DNA of 64,000 nt from Bacilli bacterium. Lineage in GTDB: Bacteria > Bacillota_I > Bacilli_A > RF39 > UBA660. Below are positions 49,926-58,797 of this stretch, piece by piece. The stretch lies in assembly GCA_017542465.1 (NCBI GenBank), contig JAFXXB010000032.1:10086-74085 (forward strand), written 5' to 3'. Position 1 is the first letter of the stretch. Every line of letters starts with the position of its first letter. The notes under the pieces are model-generated. The model was not told where the DNA came from. It ran no database searches and worked only from the letters and a program-made list of their open reading frames with translations. The translations under genes and the position numbers were made by a program.

Positions 49926-50368
49926 TGAAGATAGGAATAGCAACTGATCATAACGGGGTTAATGAAAAAAAGATATTAATTGAATATCTAACTAAGAAGG
50001 GATATGAGATGGTTGATTATTCACCTAAGAATGATCCTCTAGATGATTATCCAAAGTTTGCACATAAAGTATGTAAGGCAATTCAAAAGCATGAAGTAGA
50101 TTTAGGTATCTTATTATGTGGTACAGGTATTGGTATGGCAATAGCTGCAAATAAACATAGAGGTATTAGATGTGGTTTAGCATCTACAGTAGATGAAGCC
50201 AGACTTGCAAGAGGTCATAATAACGCTCAAATACTTGCTATGTCTCATAAAGAAGATATTGATTTATTAAGAGCAATGGCTTTAACATTTATAGAAGAAC
50301 ACTTCTATGCTGATGAAAGACATGTAAGAAGATTAAAAGAAATAGAAGAATACGAAGATGAGTATTAA
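49925..50368 (+). CDS. rpiB: ribose-5-phosphate isomerase B
   Basis: MKIGIATDHNG, ILLCGTGIGMAIAANK and ARGHNNAQILAM motifs. Confidence 0.9.
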   Translation: MKIGIATDHNGVNEKKILIEYLTKKGYEMVDYSPKNDPLDDYPKFAHKVCKAIQKHEVDLGILLCGTGIGMAIAANKHRGIRCGLASTVDEARLARGHNNAQILAMSHKEDIDLLRAMALTFIEEHFYADERHVRRLKEIEEYEDEY

Positions 50369-50561
50369 GATTTTAGTATATGGAATAATGTTATTAGTTT
50401 CTACATTTGCAGTATCAGGAATTAAGATAAATGGTATATTTAAAACTAATCATATCTGGGAAGCTAGATTCTTCACAGGATTATTGATTATGAGCATAAC
50501 TTATCTATCTGGTTCATTAATACTACAAATAATAGATGTATTTACTAATATTAATTTATAA
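50358..50561 (+). CDS. small integral membrane protein (possibly DUF1146/YwzB-like)
   Basis: 67 aa with two TM helices. Overlaps the rpiB end by 11 nt. Confidence 0.45.
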   Translation: MSIKILVYGIMLLVSTFAVSGIKINGIFKTNHIWEARFFTGLLIMSITYLSGSLILQIIDVFTNINL

Positions 50562-50564
50562 GAA

Positions 50565-50596
50565 AAAGAGACTTTTAGGTCTCTTTTATTTTCTAA
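50565..50596 (+). terminator. rho-independent terminator
   Basis: aaagagac-ttttag-gtctcttt followed by tatttt. Confidence 0.7.
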
Positions 50597-50745
50597 GAAA
50601 AAGAAAGGCGCCCCCTGAGGCACCTTCCAAAGAATAAAAAGGGGTTGGCTAGTGTGATACTAGCACCAATTCGCCTGTAAGTGAATTGGTACTATGTATA
50701 CTAATCGATTAGTACATAAAAGTCAACTCAAAAACCCCCTTTTCA
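50597..50745 (-). ncRNA. candidate structured small RNA 'A' (unknown family) with its own GC-rich terminator
   Basis: This is a GC-rich island in AT-rich DNA. On the minus strand a closing helix AAAAGGGG/CCCCUUUU encloses three hairpins. Next comes AGGUGCC-UCAGGG-GGCGCCU plus UUCUUUUU. On the plus strand the same stem has a C-A mismatch and no U-run. Confidence 0.5.
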
Positions 50746-50873
50746 AGCAATTTATTAAAAAAAATTATATATGCTATAACTTTAAGTTATATATCAATAT
50801 TATGTTATAATTTTAAGTTATAAATTACCTATTTTTTAATAAATGTTATAATATATTTGAGAGGAAGATATAT

Positions 50874-52865
50874 ATGGAATTATCTAATATAAAAGGTGTT
50901 GGACCTAAGACACTTGAGTATTTAAATAAACTTAATATATATGATTTAAATGATCTAATTAGATATTATCCATATAGATATAATATCTATAGACCTATTA
51001 ATATAGATACAATAGATGATGATAATACATATGTAATAGTGGGTAAGATTATATCTAATCCATCTATCTTCTTTATTAAGAAAGGATTAAATAGAATATC
51101 TTTTAACTTTGAAACCAATGGTAAGATAGTTAAGATAACTATATTTAATAGACAATTTATTAAACAATACTTATCTATTGGTAAAGAAATAACTCTAATA
51201 GGTAAATATGATAAATTAAAGAATTCTTTTGTAGCGTCAGATATTAAATTATATCCTATAAAGAATACTGAAGTAGAACCTGTTTATCATATGGTACAAG
51301 GACTTAAAAGAAAGTCTTTAAGAACCCTAATTAATAATGCACTTTCAGTTGGTGATATAGAAGATGTATTACCATCATACTTAAATGATAGATATGAGCT
51401 TATTGATACCTTTAAAGCTATTAAAGAAGTACATAATCCAACTTCTACAGATTTATTAAAGAAATCTAAATTAAAACTTAAATATGATGAATTATTTGAA
51501 TTTATGTTTAAGATAAATTTACTTAAGTTTAAATCTAGAGTTTTTAATGATTTTTATATTAAAGAAGTAGATGATAAAGTATTACCTAATATATTAGATA
51601 AGATTCCATTTAATCTTACAGAAGATCAAATAAGTGCTATAGATGATATTATAAATGATTTTAAAGATGAAAAGAGAATGAATAGACTAGTATTAGGTGA
51701 TGTTGGATCAGGTAAGACAATAGTATCCTTTATTGCTTGTTTAATTAATAAAGAATGTGGATATCAATCAGCTATACTTGCACCTACAGAAGTATTAGCT
51801 AATCAACATTATGATAATTTCACTAAATTATTTCCTGATATAAGTGTTAGGTTATTAACAAGTAGTACAAGTGCTAAAGATAAAAAGTTAATAATGGACG
51901 AGTTATCAACAGGCAAAATAGATATCTTAATTGGTACTCATGCAATTATATCTGATAACATTGAGTTTATGAACATTGGTTTAGTTGTAACTGATGAACA
52001 ACATAGATTTGGAGTTAATCAAAGAAAAGCCTTACAAAACAAAGGTATGAATGTAGATGTATTATATATGTCTGCTACACCAATACCAAGAACTTATGCT
52101 TTAACTATATATGGTGATATGGATATATCTATGATTAAATCTAAACCAGCGGGTAGAAAAGAAATAATTACTAATCTATATGATATGAAACATATTAAAG
52201 ATGTATGTGATGTTATTACTGAACAAATAAATGATAATCATCAAGTGTATGTAGTTGCTCCTTTAATAGATGATGAAGAAGATAGGGAAGAACTTCAAGA
52301 CTTAAAGAAGATAAAAGAATTATTAGTAAATAACTTATCTATTAAACCATCTATTGAAATATTACATGGTAAAATGAAACAAGTTGATAAAGATATAGTA
52401 ATGAATAAGTTTAAAGAAGGTGAAATAGATATATTAATATCTACAACTGTTATTGAAGTAGGAGTAGATGTTAAAAACTCTACAGTCATGACAATCTTTA
52501 ATGCTGAAAGATTTGGTTTAGCTACACTTCATCAGTTAAGAGGAAGAGTAGGAAGAAATGAATTACAATCATACTGTTTATTAATATCAGATAAAGAAAC
52601 AGATAGATTAAAAGTAATGTGTGAATCTAATGATGGATTCTACATAGCAGAAAAAGATTTTGAGCTAAGAGGATCTGGAGATTTATTTGGTACTAAACAA
52701 CATGGTGATATGGTATTTAAAATAGCTGATATTAGAACAGATATGAAAATATTATTACAATGTAAGAAGGATACTGAAGAGTTTATAAATAATAATATAG
52801 ATATAGGATTTAGAGATTATCCATATTATAAAGTAATAGAAGAAAAACTATTAAATAACGATTAA
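50874..52865 (+). CDS. recG: ATP-dependent DNA helicase RecG
   Basis: 663 aa. GDVGSGKT, TDEQHRFG and QLRGRVGR helicase motifs plus an N-terminal wedge/OB region. Confidence 0.92.
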   Translation: MELSNIKGVGPKTLEYLNKLNIYDLNDLIRYYPYRYNIYRPINIDTIDDDNTYVIVGKIISNPSIFFIKKGLNRISFNFETNGKIVKITIFNRQFIKQYLSIGKEITLIGKYDKLKNSFVASDIKLYPIKNTEVEPVYHMVQGLKRKSLRTLINNALSVGDIEDVLPSYLNDRYELIDTFKAIKEVHNPTSTDLLKKSKLKLKYDELFEFMFKINLLKFKSRVFNDFYIKEVDDKVLPNILDKIPFNLTEDQISAIDDIINDFKDEKRMNRLVLGDVGSGKTIVSFIACLINKECGYQSAILAPTEVLANQHYDNFTKLFPDISVRLLTSSTSAKDKKLIMDELSTGKIDILIGTHAIISDNIEFMNIGLVVTDEQHRFGVNQRKALQNKGMNVDVLYMSATPIPRTYALTIYGDMDISMIKSKPAGRKEIITNLYDMKHIKDVCDVITEQINDNHQVYVVAPLIDDEEDREELQDLKKIKELLVNNLSIKPSIEILHGKMKQVDKDIVMNKFKEGEIDILISTTVIEVGVDVKNSTVMTIFNAERFGLATLHQLRGRVGRNELQSYCLLISDKETDRLKVMCESNDGFYIAEKDFELRGSGDLFGTKQHGDMVFKIADIRTDMKILLQCKKDTEEFINNNIDIGFRDYPYYKVIEEKLLNND

Positions 52866-52890
52866 AAAAGAGACTTTATAGTCTCTTATT
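52866..52890. terminator. bidirectional terminator between recG and the paralog array
   Basis: aagagact-ttat-agtctctt flanked by A- and T-runs. Confidence 0.7.
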
Positions 52891-53661
52891 TTATTTAGTT
52901 TTTTTCTTACTGAAATCTGCACTAATTATGTACTTTCTTTTCCAAGAAGATGGATGTAGTATAGTATCAAAAGTATCATCAGTGAAATCTCTACCAGGAT
53001 AATATCTTGATTTAGATAGTTTATAACCAAGATCCTTTATAGAGCTAGCAAAATCAATAATATCTACAGTAATAATATTTTTATCAATATTAATTTCTTT
53101 TGGAAAATAATGTATGCTTTCTAGTTCGTCCGTGTCATATTCCTTATTAATATCTCTTCTTGTTTCATATATCCCATCTACTAATATAGAAGATGTATAT
53201 AATGTAGCATTTGTATATTCAATTGGTAAATAATTAAATATTAATTGTCCGTTCCAAAGTAATCTGGATAGTTAATTAGTAAATTCATCATCCAATTTTT
53301 TTTGTATTGTATAATTACAGTTATTTGTTTTTAAGTATTTATAGTTTAATATCAGTTCATCTAAATGAGCCACTTCACAGTAGAATTTAGGTTTAAAGTA
53401 TAATTCGATTTCGTCGAAAACATAATTTAAATCTCCTGACTTATCCACTATATCTTTCATAGTGCTCTCAAATTCTTTAACCCCTTCTTCAGTGTTAACG
53501 GAATTAACAATCTCTTTTTTGGTGATTGGTTTTCCTTCGATTTTAAATAATTTGGTTATGTCTTCTTCATCCTTATCGTAATTAATACTTACTAACACAT
53601 ATTTTTTTTCATGAGTTTTAATTAATTCATCTCTATATTTTTTTAATTCTTCAATATTCAT
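52891..53661 (-). pseudogene. array paralog 3, full-length frame interrupted by one in-frame TAA (53272-53274)
   Basis: The track ORF 53272..53661 (129 aa) continues in the same frame for 126 more codons without a stop. It ends ...SADFSKKKTK*, matching the ADFRNLKKTKK tails of paralogs 1 and 2. The total length of 256 codons equals that of the intact copies. Confidence 0.7.
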
Positions 53662-53683
53662 AAAAATCCCCCTTTTTTTAATA

Positions 53684-54454
53684 TTAATTATTCTTTTTAG
53701 TTTTCTTAAGATTTCTGAAATCTGCTAGAGCTATTCTTCTACCACAAGTATAATCATATGAATTAATAATTGAATGAATAAAGTTTTCATCATTATCCAT
53801 ATCAGGATTTATACTAATTCGTGAATAATAACCTCGGCTTTCTATAATTCTATTAAATTCTTCAATATTTACAATAATGTTCTTACTTTCTGTTTTTATA
53901 TTAGTACATTCTTTCCATTCACAATAATCTTCTTCGTTATATTCTTGAGTTATGGTATTTATATCTCTTTCAATTTCATTGTTATCATCATCTAATATTT
54001 CATATGCAACTACATCTGCATCATTAAAATTAATAGGTACATTACTAATAATTATGTTACCGTTTTTTATTAATGATCTTAAAAAATAATACATAGCTTT
54101 CTCATTTATTATTTTATTTGCTAGTTTATAAAACATATCAAATAAATCTCTGGCATAAGATATATTACAGTAGAATTTATAATTTGAATATAAATAAATT
54201 AAATCAAAATCATAACTACGCTCTACAGATTTATCCACTATATCAGCCATAACTCTTTCGAACTCTTTAACCCCTTCTTCAGTATTAGTGTTATTCATTA
54301 TTTCTTCTCTGGTCATTGGTTTACCTTCTATTTTAATAAATTCATCCCAATCTATATCTTCGTCTTCAGTAAAATCAATATTTATACAGATATATTTATT
54401 ATCTTTATTTCTTAATAATTTATTTCTATATTGTTTTAATTCTTCAACATTCAT
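53684..54454 (-). CDS. array paralog 2 (256 aa), unknown function
   Basis: MNVEELKQYRNKLL...NTNTEEGVKEFE...FYC N-domain shared with the neighbours. AGGGGGA RBS. Confidence 0.65.
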   Translation of the reverse strand: MNVEELKQYRNKLLRNKDNKYICINIDFTEDEDIDWDEFIKIEGKPMTREEIMNNTNTEEGVKEFERVMADIVDKSVERSYDFDLIYLYSNYKFYCNISYARDLFDMFYKLANKIINEKAMYYFLRSLIKNGNIIISNVPINFNDADVVAYEILDDDNNEIERDINTITQEYNEEDYCEWKECTNIKTESKNIIVNIEEFNRIIESRGYYSRISINPDMDNDENFIHSIINSYDYTCGRRIALADFRNLKKTKKNN

Positions 54455-54468
54455 AATAATCCCCCTAA

Positions 54469-55212
54469 TTATCTCTTTTTTGTTTTCTTAAGATTTCTAA
54501 GATCGGCAGTAAATGTTCGTCTTGTTACGTCTTCTCCCTCTTCCAGAATAGCCTCTTTAATTTGACAAATTATATCTACTTCTTGCCAATCCCAGTCAAT
54601 TGTTTTATATCCTAAGTCAGCAATTGCTTTATTATAATCTTCTAAATTAACTATTATTTCTTTACTTTTTAAAAACATTTCCTTGAATTCTTCCCAGTTT
54701 TCATCGCCATAATCATCTATGTTATATTGTTTAGTAATATCAGTATCATCAATATCATTATAGTATGATATTAATCTTGCATAATTAAACATAATTGGAA
54801 CATAATTGGTAATTATATCTCCGTTCTCTATACATTCATCCAGTAAATATGGTAATTCACGTACAGCTCGTTTATATCCTTCTTTATACAATAAGTCATG
54901 TAACTCAATTATTTTGTTTACTTTGCTTACTTCACAATAAAACTTTATATTTGAATATAAATAAATTTTTTTATAATCGTAATTAAATATTTTACTTTGA
55001 TTTATTACATCTACCATTGTTTTTTCGAATTCCCTAATACCTTCTTCGGTATTAGTGTTATTCATTATTTCAGTCTTAGTAAGTGGTTTACCATCAGTTT
55101 TGATGTAGTGTTTATGCTTTTTTAAATCATATCCTACTTTAACACAAATATATTGTTTTTCATGATTTTTTAATAACTCATTTCTATATTGTTTTAATTC
55201 TTCAATATTCAT
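54469..55212 (-). CDS. array paralog 1 (247 aa), unknown function
   Basis: MNIEELKQYRNELL...NTNTEEGIREFE...FYC N-domain. AGGGGGA RBS. Confidence 0.65.
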   Translation of the reverse strand: MNIEELKQYRNELLKNHEKQYICVKVGYDLKKHKHYIKTDGKPLTKTEIMNNTNTEEGIREFEKTMVDVINQSKIFNYDYKKIYLYSNIKFYCEVSKVNKIIELHDLLYKEGYKRAVRELPYLLDECIENGDIITNYVPIMFNYARLISYYNDIDDTDITKQYNIDDYGDENWEEFKEMFLKSKEIIVNLEDYNKAIADLGYKTIDWDWQEVDIICQIKEAILEEGEDVTRRTFTADLRNLKKTKKR

Positions 55213-55226
55213 AAAAATCCCCCTAA

Positions 55227-56225
55227 TTATTTCTTTTTCTTTTTATCTTCTTCATTTGGTTGAAATTTTCTTGATGTAATTACTTTATATTTTATGTTAA
55301 TTGTTTTTTTGTATAATGCTTCAAATAATCTTCTTTTAAATCTAATTAAGAATTGTTGATCATCTATTGGTATATTAGTAAATTTCAATTTATATTCATG
55401 TTCCATTATTTCTTGTTTGTTTTCTTTGTTTTCTTTTCTTATATCGTTTAATTCTTTATGATATTTAAATATTTCATATAACTCTTCATCAGAAAGATCA
55501 GCATAATCATCTAAATAACTATAATCAACGTTTCCATTTCCATCACGATGTATTTCTTCTTCATCAAATAAGAAGTCATCGTCATCATCATCCATACAAT
55601 CTACACCTAATAGTTTAGTTGCATACATACATAAGTCACGACCATCATAGTTACTATAATCTTTATCTGCTTCCATATCTTCAAATATCTTATGCACTAA
55701 CATCCATAGTTCATAAGAGTTTCCAATTAGATCCCCCTCATATTTATCCCAATCTTTAATATAAGAATCTATTTGTTTTTTTATAAAATCTATAAGATAT
55801 ATTCTTCCACTTACGTAATCAGCAAGATATTTGTCATAGACAGCAATTATATTACATATATATTGATTTATATCTACGTCTTTTAAATCTTCTTTATTCT
55901 CATAATCAATATGTAATTTGTCTTCTAGGTTAATTCTATATTTATCATTAAATATACTTATAACCATTTGCTTTGCAATAAAGTCTGTTATGATGCTGTC
56001 TTGTTTAAACTCATATTTTGCTAATGCGAAACCTAACCCCATATCTTTTTTGATTTCATCACTTTCTTGATTAAGTATTAATTGATAATCCATCATCTTT
56101 TTAAGATATAAATATTCTGCTCTAAGATAATCATTCTTTTCTCCAGTAGAAACATATTTTAATATAGTGTTTCTAAGTAGTACTTCATTTTTACTTGAAA
56201 TACATAAGTTGTCAAAATCAATCAT
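55227..56225 (-). CDS. hypothetical protein (332 aa) with a poly-Asp patch and a Lys-rich tail
   Basis: Long ORF 14 nt upstream of paralog 1. No family recognised. Confidence 0.55.
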   Translation of the reverse strand: MIDFDNLCISSKNEVLLRNTILKYVSTGEKNDYLRAEYLYLKKMMDYQLILNQESDEIKKDMGLGFALAKYEFKQDSIITDFIAKQMVISIFNDKYRINLEDKLHIDYENKEDLKDVDINQYICNIIAVYDKYLADYVSGRIYLIDFIKKQIDSYIKDWDKYEGDLIGNSYELWMLVHKIFEDMEADKDYSNYDGRDLCMYATKLLGVDCMDDDDDDFLFDEEEIHRDGNGNVDYSYLDDYADLSDEELYEIFKYHKELNDIRKENKENKQEIMEHEYKLKFTNIPIDDQQFLIRFKRRLFEALYKKTINIKYKVITSRKFQPNEEDKKKKK

Positions 56226-56427
56226 TTCATTTCATTCTTTCTAATTTGTATCAACGAATTGCCTTGTACTATAATCGAACTATTACTTATAGCTCCCCTT
56301 GATACATCTTTATATATTAGTAAATATATTTGTTGGCATCAGTATTTTTATTTATTTTTCCTTTCTTTAAATACTGCCCCTGTACAAAGGCAACAGATAA
56401 GAATATCACTTTAAATATATTTTGTCA

Positions 56428-56456
56428 AATTAAAAAACAAGGATTATTTCCTTGTT
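56428..56456 (-). terminator. rho-independent terminator of the 535-aa ORF
   Basis: On the minus strand: AACAAGGA-AAUAA-UCCUUGUU followed by UUUUAAUUU, overlapping the stop codon. Confidence 0.7.
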
Positions 56457-58042
56457 TTAATATCTGGTGTTTTTTCATCAGTTAATACTGAATCATAAGT
56501 TAATATATATCCAGCTATATCTAATCCATGTTCTTTTAAGAATTGTTTATATTCTTCACTCTTAGGATAATATATCTCTTTTTCTACTGCATCACTTACA
56601 ACTTCTTGGCTGATATTTAGTGATTTTAGGTGTTCTTTTTTATTATATACTTTGATATTATTTGTTGGAGTACTATGTGATTTCCAATCATATAATTTAC
56701 TCGGAGATATAGTCGTTAATGATCTAATAAATCCCTTACTATTATGTTCATTTAAATCATTCTCATCTCTTAATAAAACTAAATTATATCTTCTATTTGG
56801 TGATAGTAATCCATTCTTATCTTCTGTTACTATAAAACTATAATTAGGTTCAGGATCATTATTTCCTGCAAGTCTGTCTTTTTCTCGTCTAACTGATACT
56901 TCATAACCGGTTTCCATATTATATAATTCTTTAGTTGTTTCAAATGTATCTAAATATAAGAATGGTTTTACTTTAGTAAATAGTTTGGCTAAAACAACCG
57001 TATCTTCAGTTGTTAGTGTTTTATCTCCTATTGAATAATGTATATTATTTTCATGTGTATGGTAGAATAGTGAGTCCTCAATTCCAGTCGATATATTTGA
57101 AATATTTTTAATTGTAGTTATTGAATTTCTTTCTTGATTATCTAGTAAGTCAGCATAAATTGTTTTGTATAATCTATTACTTTTAATTGTTTTGTAATCT
57201 ATTCCTAATAAATGACATAACATATCTTCATCAAATTGAATATCAATGAATTTATTATTGTAATTTCCAATTAATACTTTATCATAATAAGAATTATAGT
57301 ATTTAAAGATTGCTTCTCTTACCATATCATATATTACTTGTACATCATCACTAGTGAATTCTAGATCATTATCTTTAATATAATCTTTTAAATTATATGT
57401 ATTATTATTTTCAGTTATTGTTTGACTTATTCCATTTTGACTATATGCACCAGCTAATATGCAATATTTATCATATTTATCTCTTTTAAAGAAATGAATT
57501 TTATCATATTTATATAATGAATTCTTTATATAATTTGTGATTATATTCATTTTATCTTGTGAATCTGAATCACCTATTTGGCTATTATTTATTGTAGTGA
57601 TTAATTCAGGGATTTGTATTTCATCATATAAATATTTAATAATATCATTAGTTCTTGAATCCAGATTATTTACGTTTGTAATACTTGTATCGTTAGGATT
57701 TTGTTTATATGTATTCATAGCTATTGATAATAATAAACTATCAATGTTTACTCCTAATCTCTGTTCTATTTCATCAGATATACTGTCTAAAAATAGATAC
57801 TTCTTTCTTTCAATTTCTTTAATTTTTTCTTTACTATCTATATACTGTTGAATTACTTTTTCATATTTTCTTCTATCATATTCTTTTTCAGGTGTTACAT
57901 ATAGCTCTGGGAATACTGTATAGAAGTCTCTCGTTTCTTGAGTCTCTTCTTTAATAATATCATTTATACCTTGTTGTCTGATTTTATGTGCAGCATCATT
58001 TTTTTTGATTTTGTTAATATCACCAGCAAAAACTACAGCCAT
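56444..58042 (-). CDS. hypothetical protein (about 532 aa), no recognisable domain
   Basis: Long ORF. The likely start is the ATG at 58042 (MAVVFAGD), 5 nt after a gaggtgg RBS and downstream of a TGTTATAAT extended -10. Confidence 0.6.
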   Translation of the reverse strand: MAVVFAGDINKIKKNDAAHKIRQQGINDIIKEETQETRDFYTVFPELYVTPEKEYDRRKYEKVIQQYIDSKEKIKEIERKKYLFLDSISDEIEQRLGVNIDSLLLSIAMNTYKQNPNDTSITNVNNLDSRTNDIIKYLYDEIQIPELITTINNSQIGDSDSQDKMNIITNYIKNSLYKYDKIHFFKRDKYDKYCILAGAYSQNGISQTITENNNTYNLKDYIKDNDLEFTSDDVQVIYDMVREAIFKYYNSYYDKVLIGNYNNKFIDIQFDEDMLCHLLGIDYKTIKSNRLYKTIYADLLDNQERNSITTIKNISNISTGIEDSLFYHTHENNIHYSIGDKTLTTEDTVVLAKLFTKVKPFLYLDTFETTKELYNMETGYEVSVRREKDRLAGNNDPEPNYSFIVTEDKNGLLSPNRRYNLVLLRDENDLNEHNSKGFIRSLTTISPSKLYDWKSHSTPTNNIKVYNKKEHLKSLNISQEVVSDAVEKEIYYPKSEEYKQFLKEHGLDIAGYILTYDSVLTDEKTPDIKTRK

Positions 58043-58120
58043 ACATACCACCTCTATTATAATAATTATAACATGATATTTATTTGTATTTATTTATATA
58101 ATTATTTGTTTACATTTATA

Positions 58121-58150
58121 AATAAAAAAAGGGACTCCCATAAGGGAGTC
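58121..58150 (-). terminator. orphan minus-strand rho-independent terminator upstream of the 535-aa ORF promoter
   Basis: On the minus strand: GACUCCC-UUAU-GGGAGUC then CCUUUUUUUAUUU. No U-run follows on the plus strand. Confidence 0.6.
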
Positions 58151-58261
58151 ATTCAGAGGAACAATCATAACTAGTTTTCTTGCTTTACTATTAGTGTAAA
58201 TTAATAAAAAACTCTACTCACGACTTTAAACTAAATGTTATAATTATACTAGGAGGCTGTT

Positions 58262-58747
58262 ATGGAAAAAAGACCAATAAATGGATATAGTGTAAACAAT
58301 GAACTAATTTCTGGATCAGAATTTTATGGAGAGATTGGAACATTACTTGGTGTAATTGAAAAAGATGAAAAACTTTATGCCATTATTGAAGATAAAAATG
58401 GTAGATTATTTTCTAAAAATGTTGTTATTGAGACAAATGTAGTAATGACTAAAAATGGACCTGCTGTTACTGAAACAGTATATGCCGGCGAAAAAAATAT
58501 TCCTATACCAGAAAGTACGGAAGACTATATAAGAGATGGAATAGCAAAATATAACAATTTAGATTTCTTATATGAAGGAGAGGTAAATATTGATTTGGCT
58601 TTAGCTCAAAATGATTCCTTTTTTGTAGGTGAAGATAATTTTATAGATTATTTAAGTGATTTAAAGAAAAGAAATCCTGCAACTCCATTATTAGATAGTT
58701 TAAAAGAATATCCATATGAACAAGAACAACATTTCAATCGTATATAA
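58262..58747 (+). CDS. hypothetical protein (161 aa)
   Basis: aggagg RBS and a TGTTATAAT extended -10 upstream. No family recognised. Confidence 0.55.
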   Translation: MEKRPINGYSVNNELISGSEFYGEIGTLLGVIEKDEKLYAIIEDKNGRLFSKNVVIETNVVMTKNGPAVTETVYAGEKNIPIPESTEDYIRDGIAKYNNLDFLYEGEVNIDLALAQNDSFFVGEDNFIDYLSDLKKRNPATPLLDSLKEYPYEQEQHFNRI

Positions 58748-58766
58748 TTAATTATTAAAATATTAT

Positions 58767-58796
58767 AAGGGCTTAGGCTCTTTTTTGTTTTTTATC
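58767..58796 (+). terminator. rho-independent terminator
   Basis: aagggc-ttag-gctctt followed by ttttgtttttt. Confidence 0.55.
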
Positions 58797-58797
58797 A

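Noticed and set aside
50358-50745. Type I toxin-antitoxin reading of the 67-aa hydrophobic ORF with convergent sRNA A
   Set aside because: The ORF overlaps rpiB in an operon and resembles a conserved two-TM housekeeping protein (DUF1146-like). The two terminators are adjacent and do not overlap, so no antisense pairing is evident.
52891-58051. Calling the orphan block a mobile element or prophage remnant
   Set aside because: I could find no integrase, transposase, phage structural gene, flanking direct repeat or tRNA target. Only the lack of homology and the counter-replication orientation suggest accessory status.
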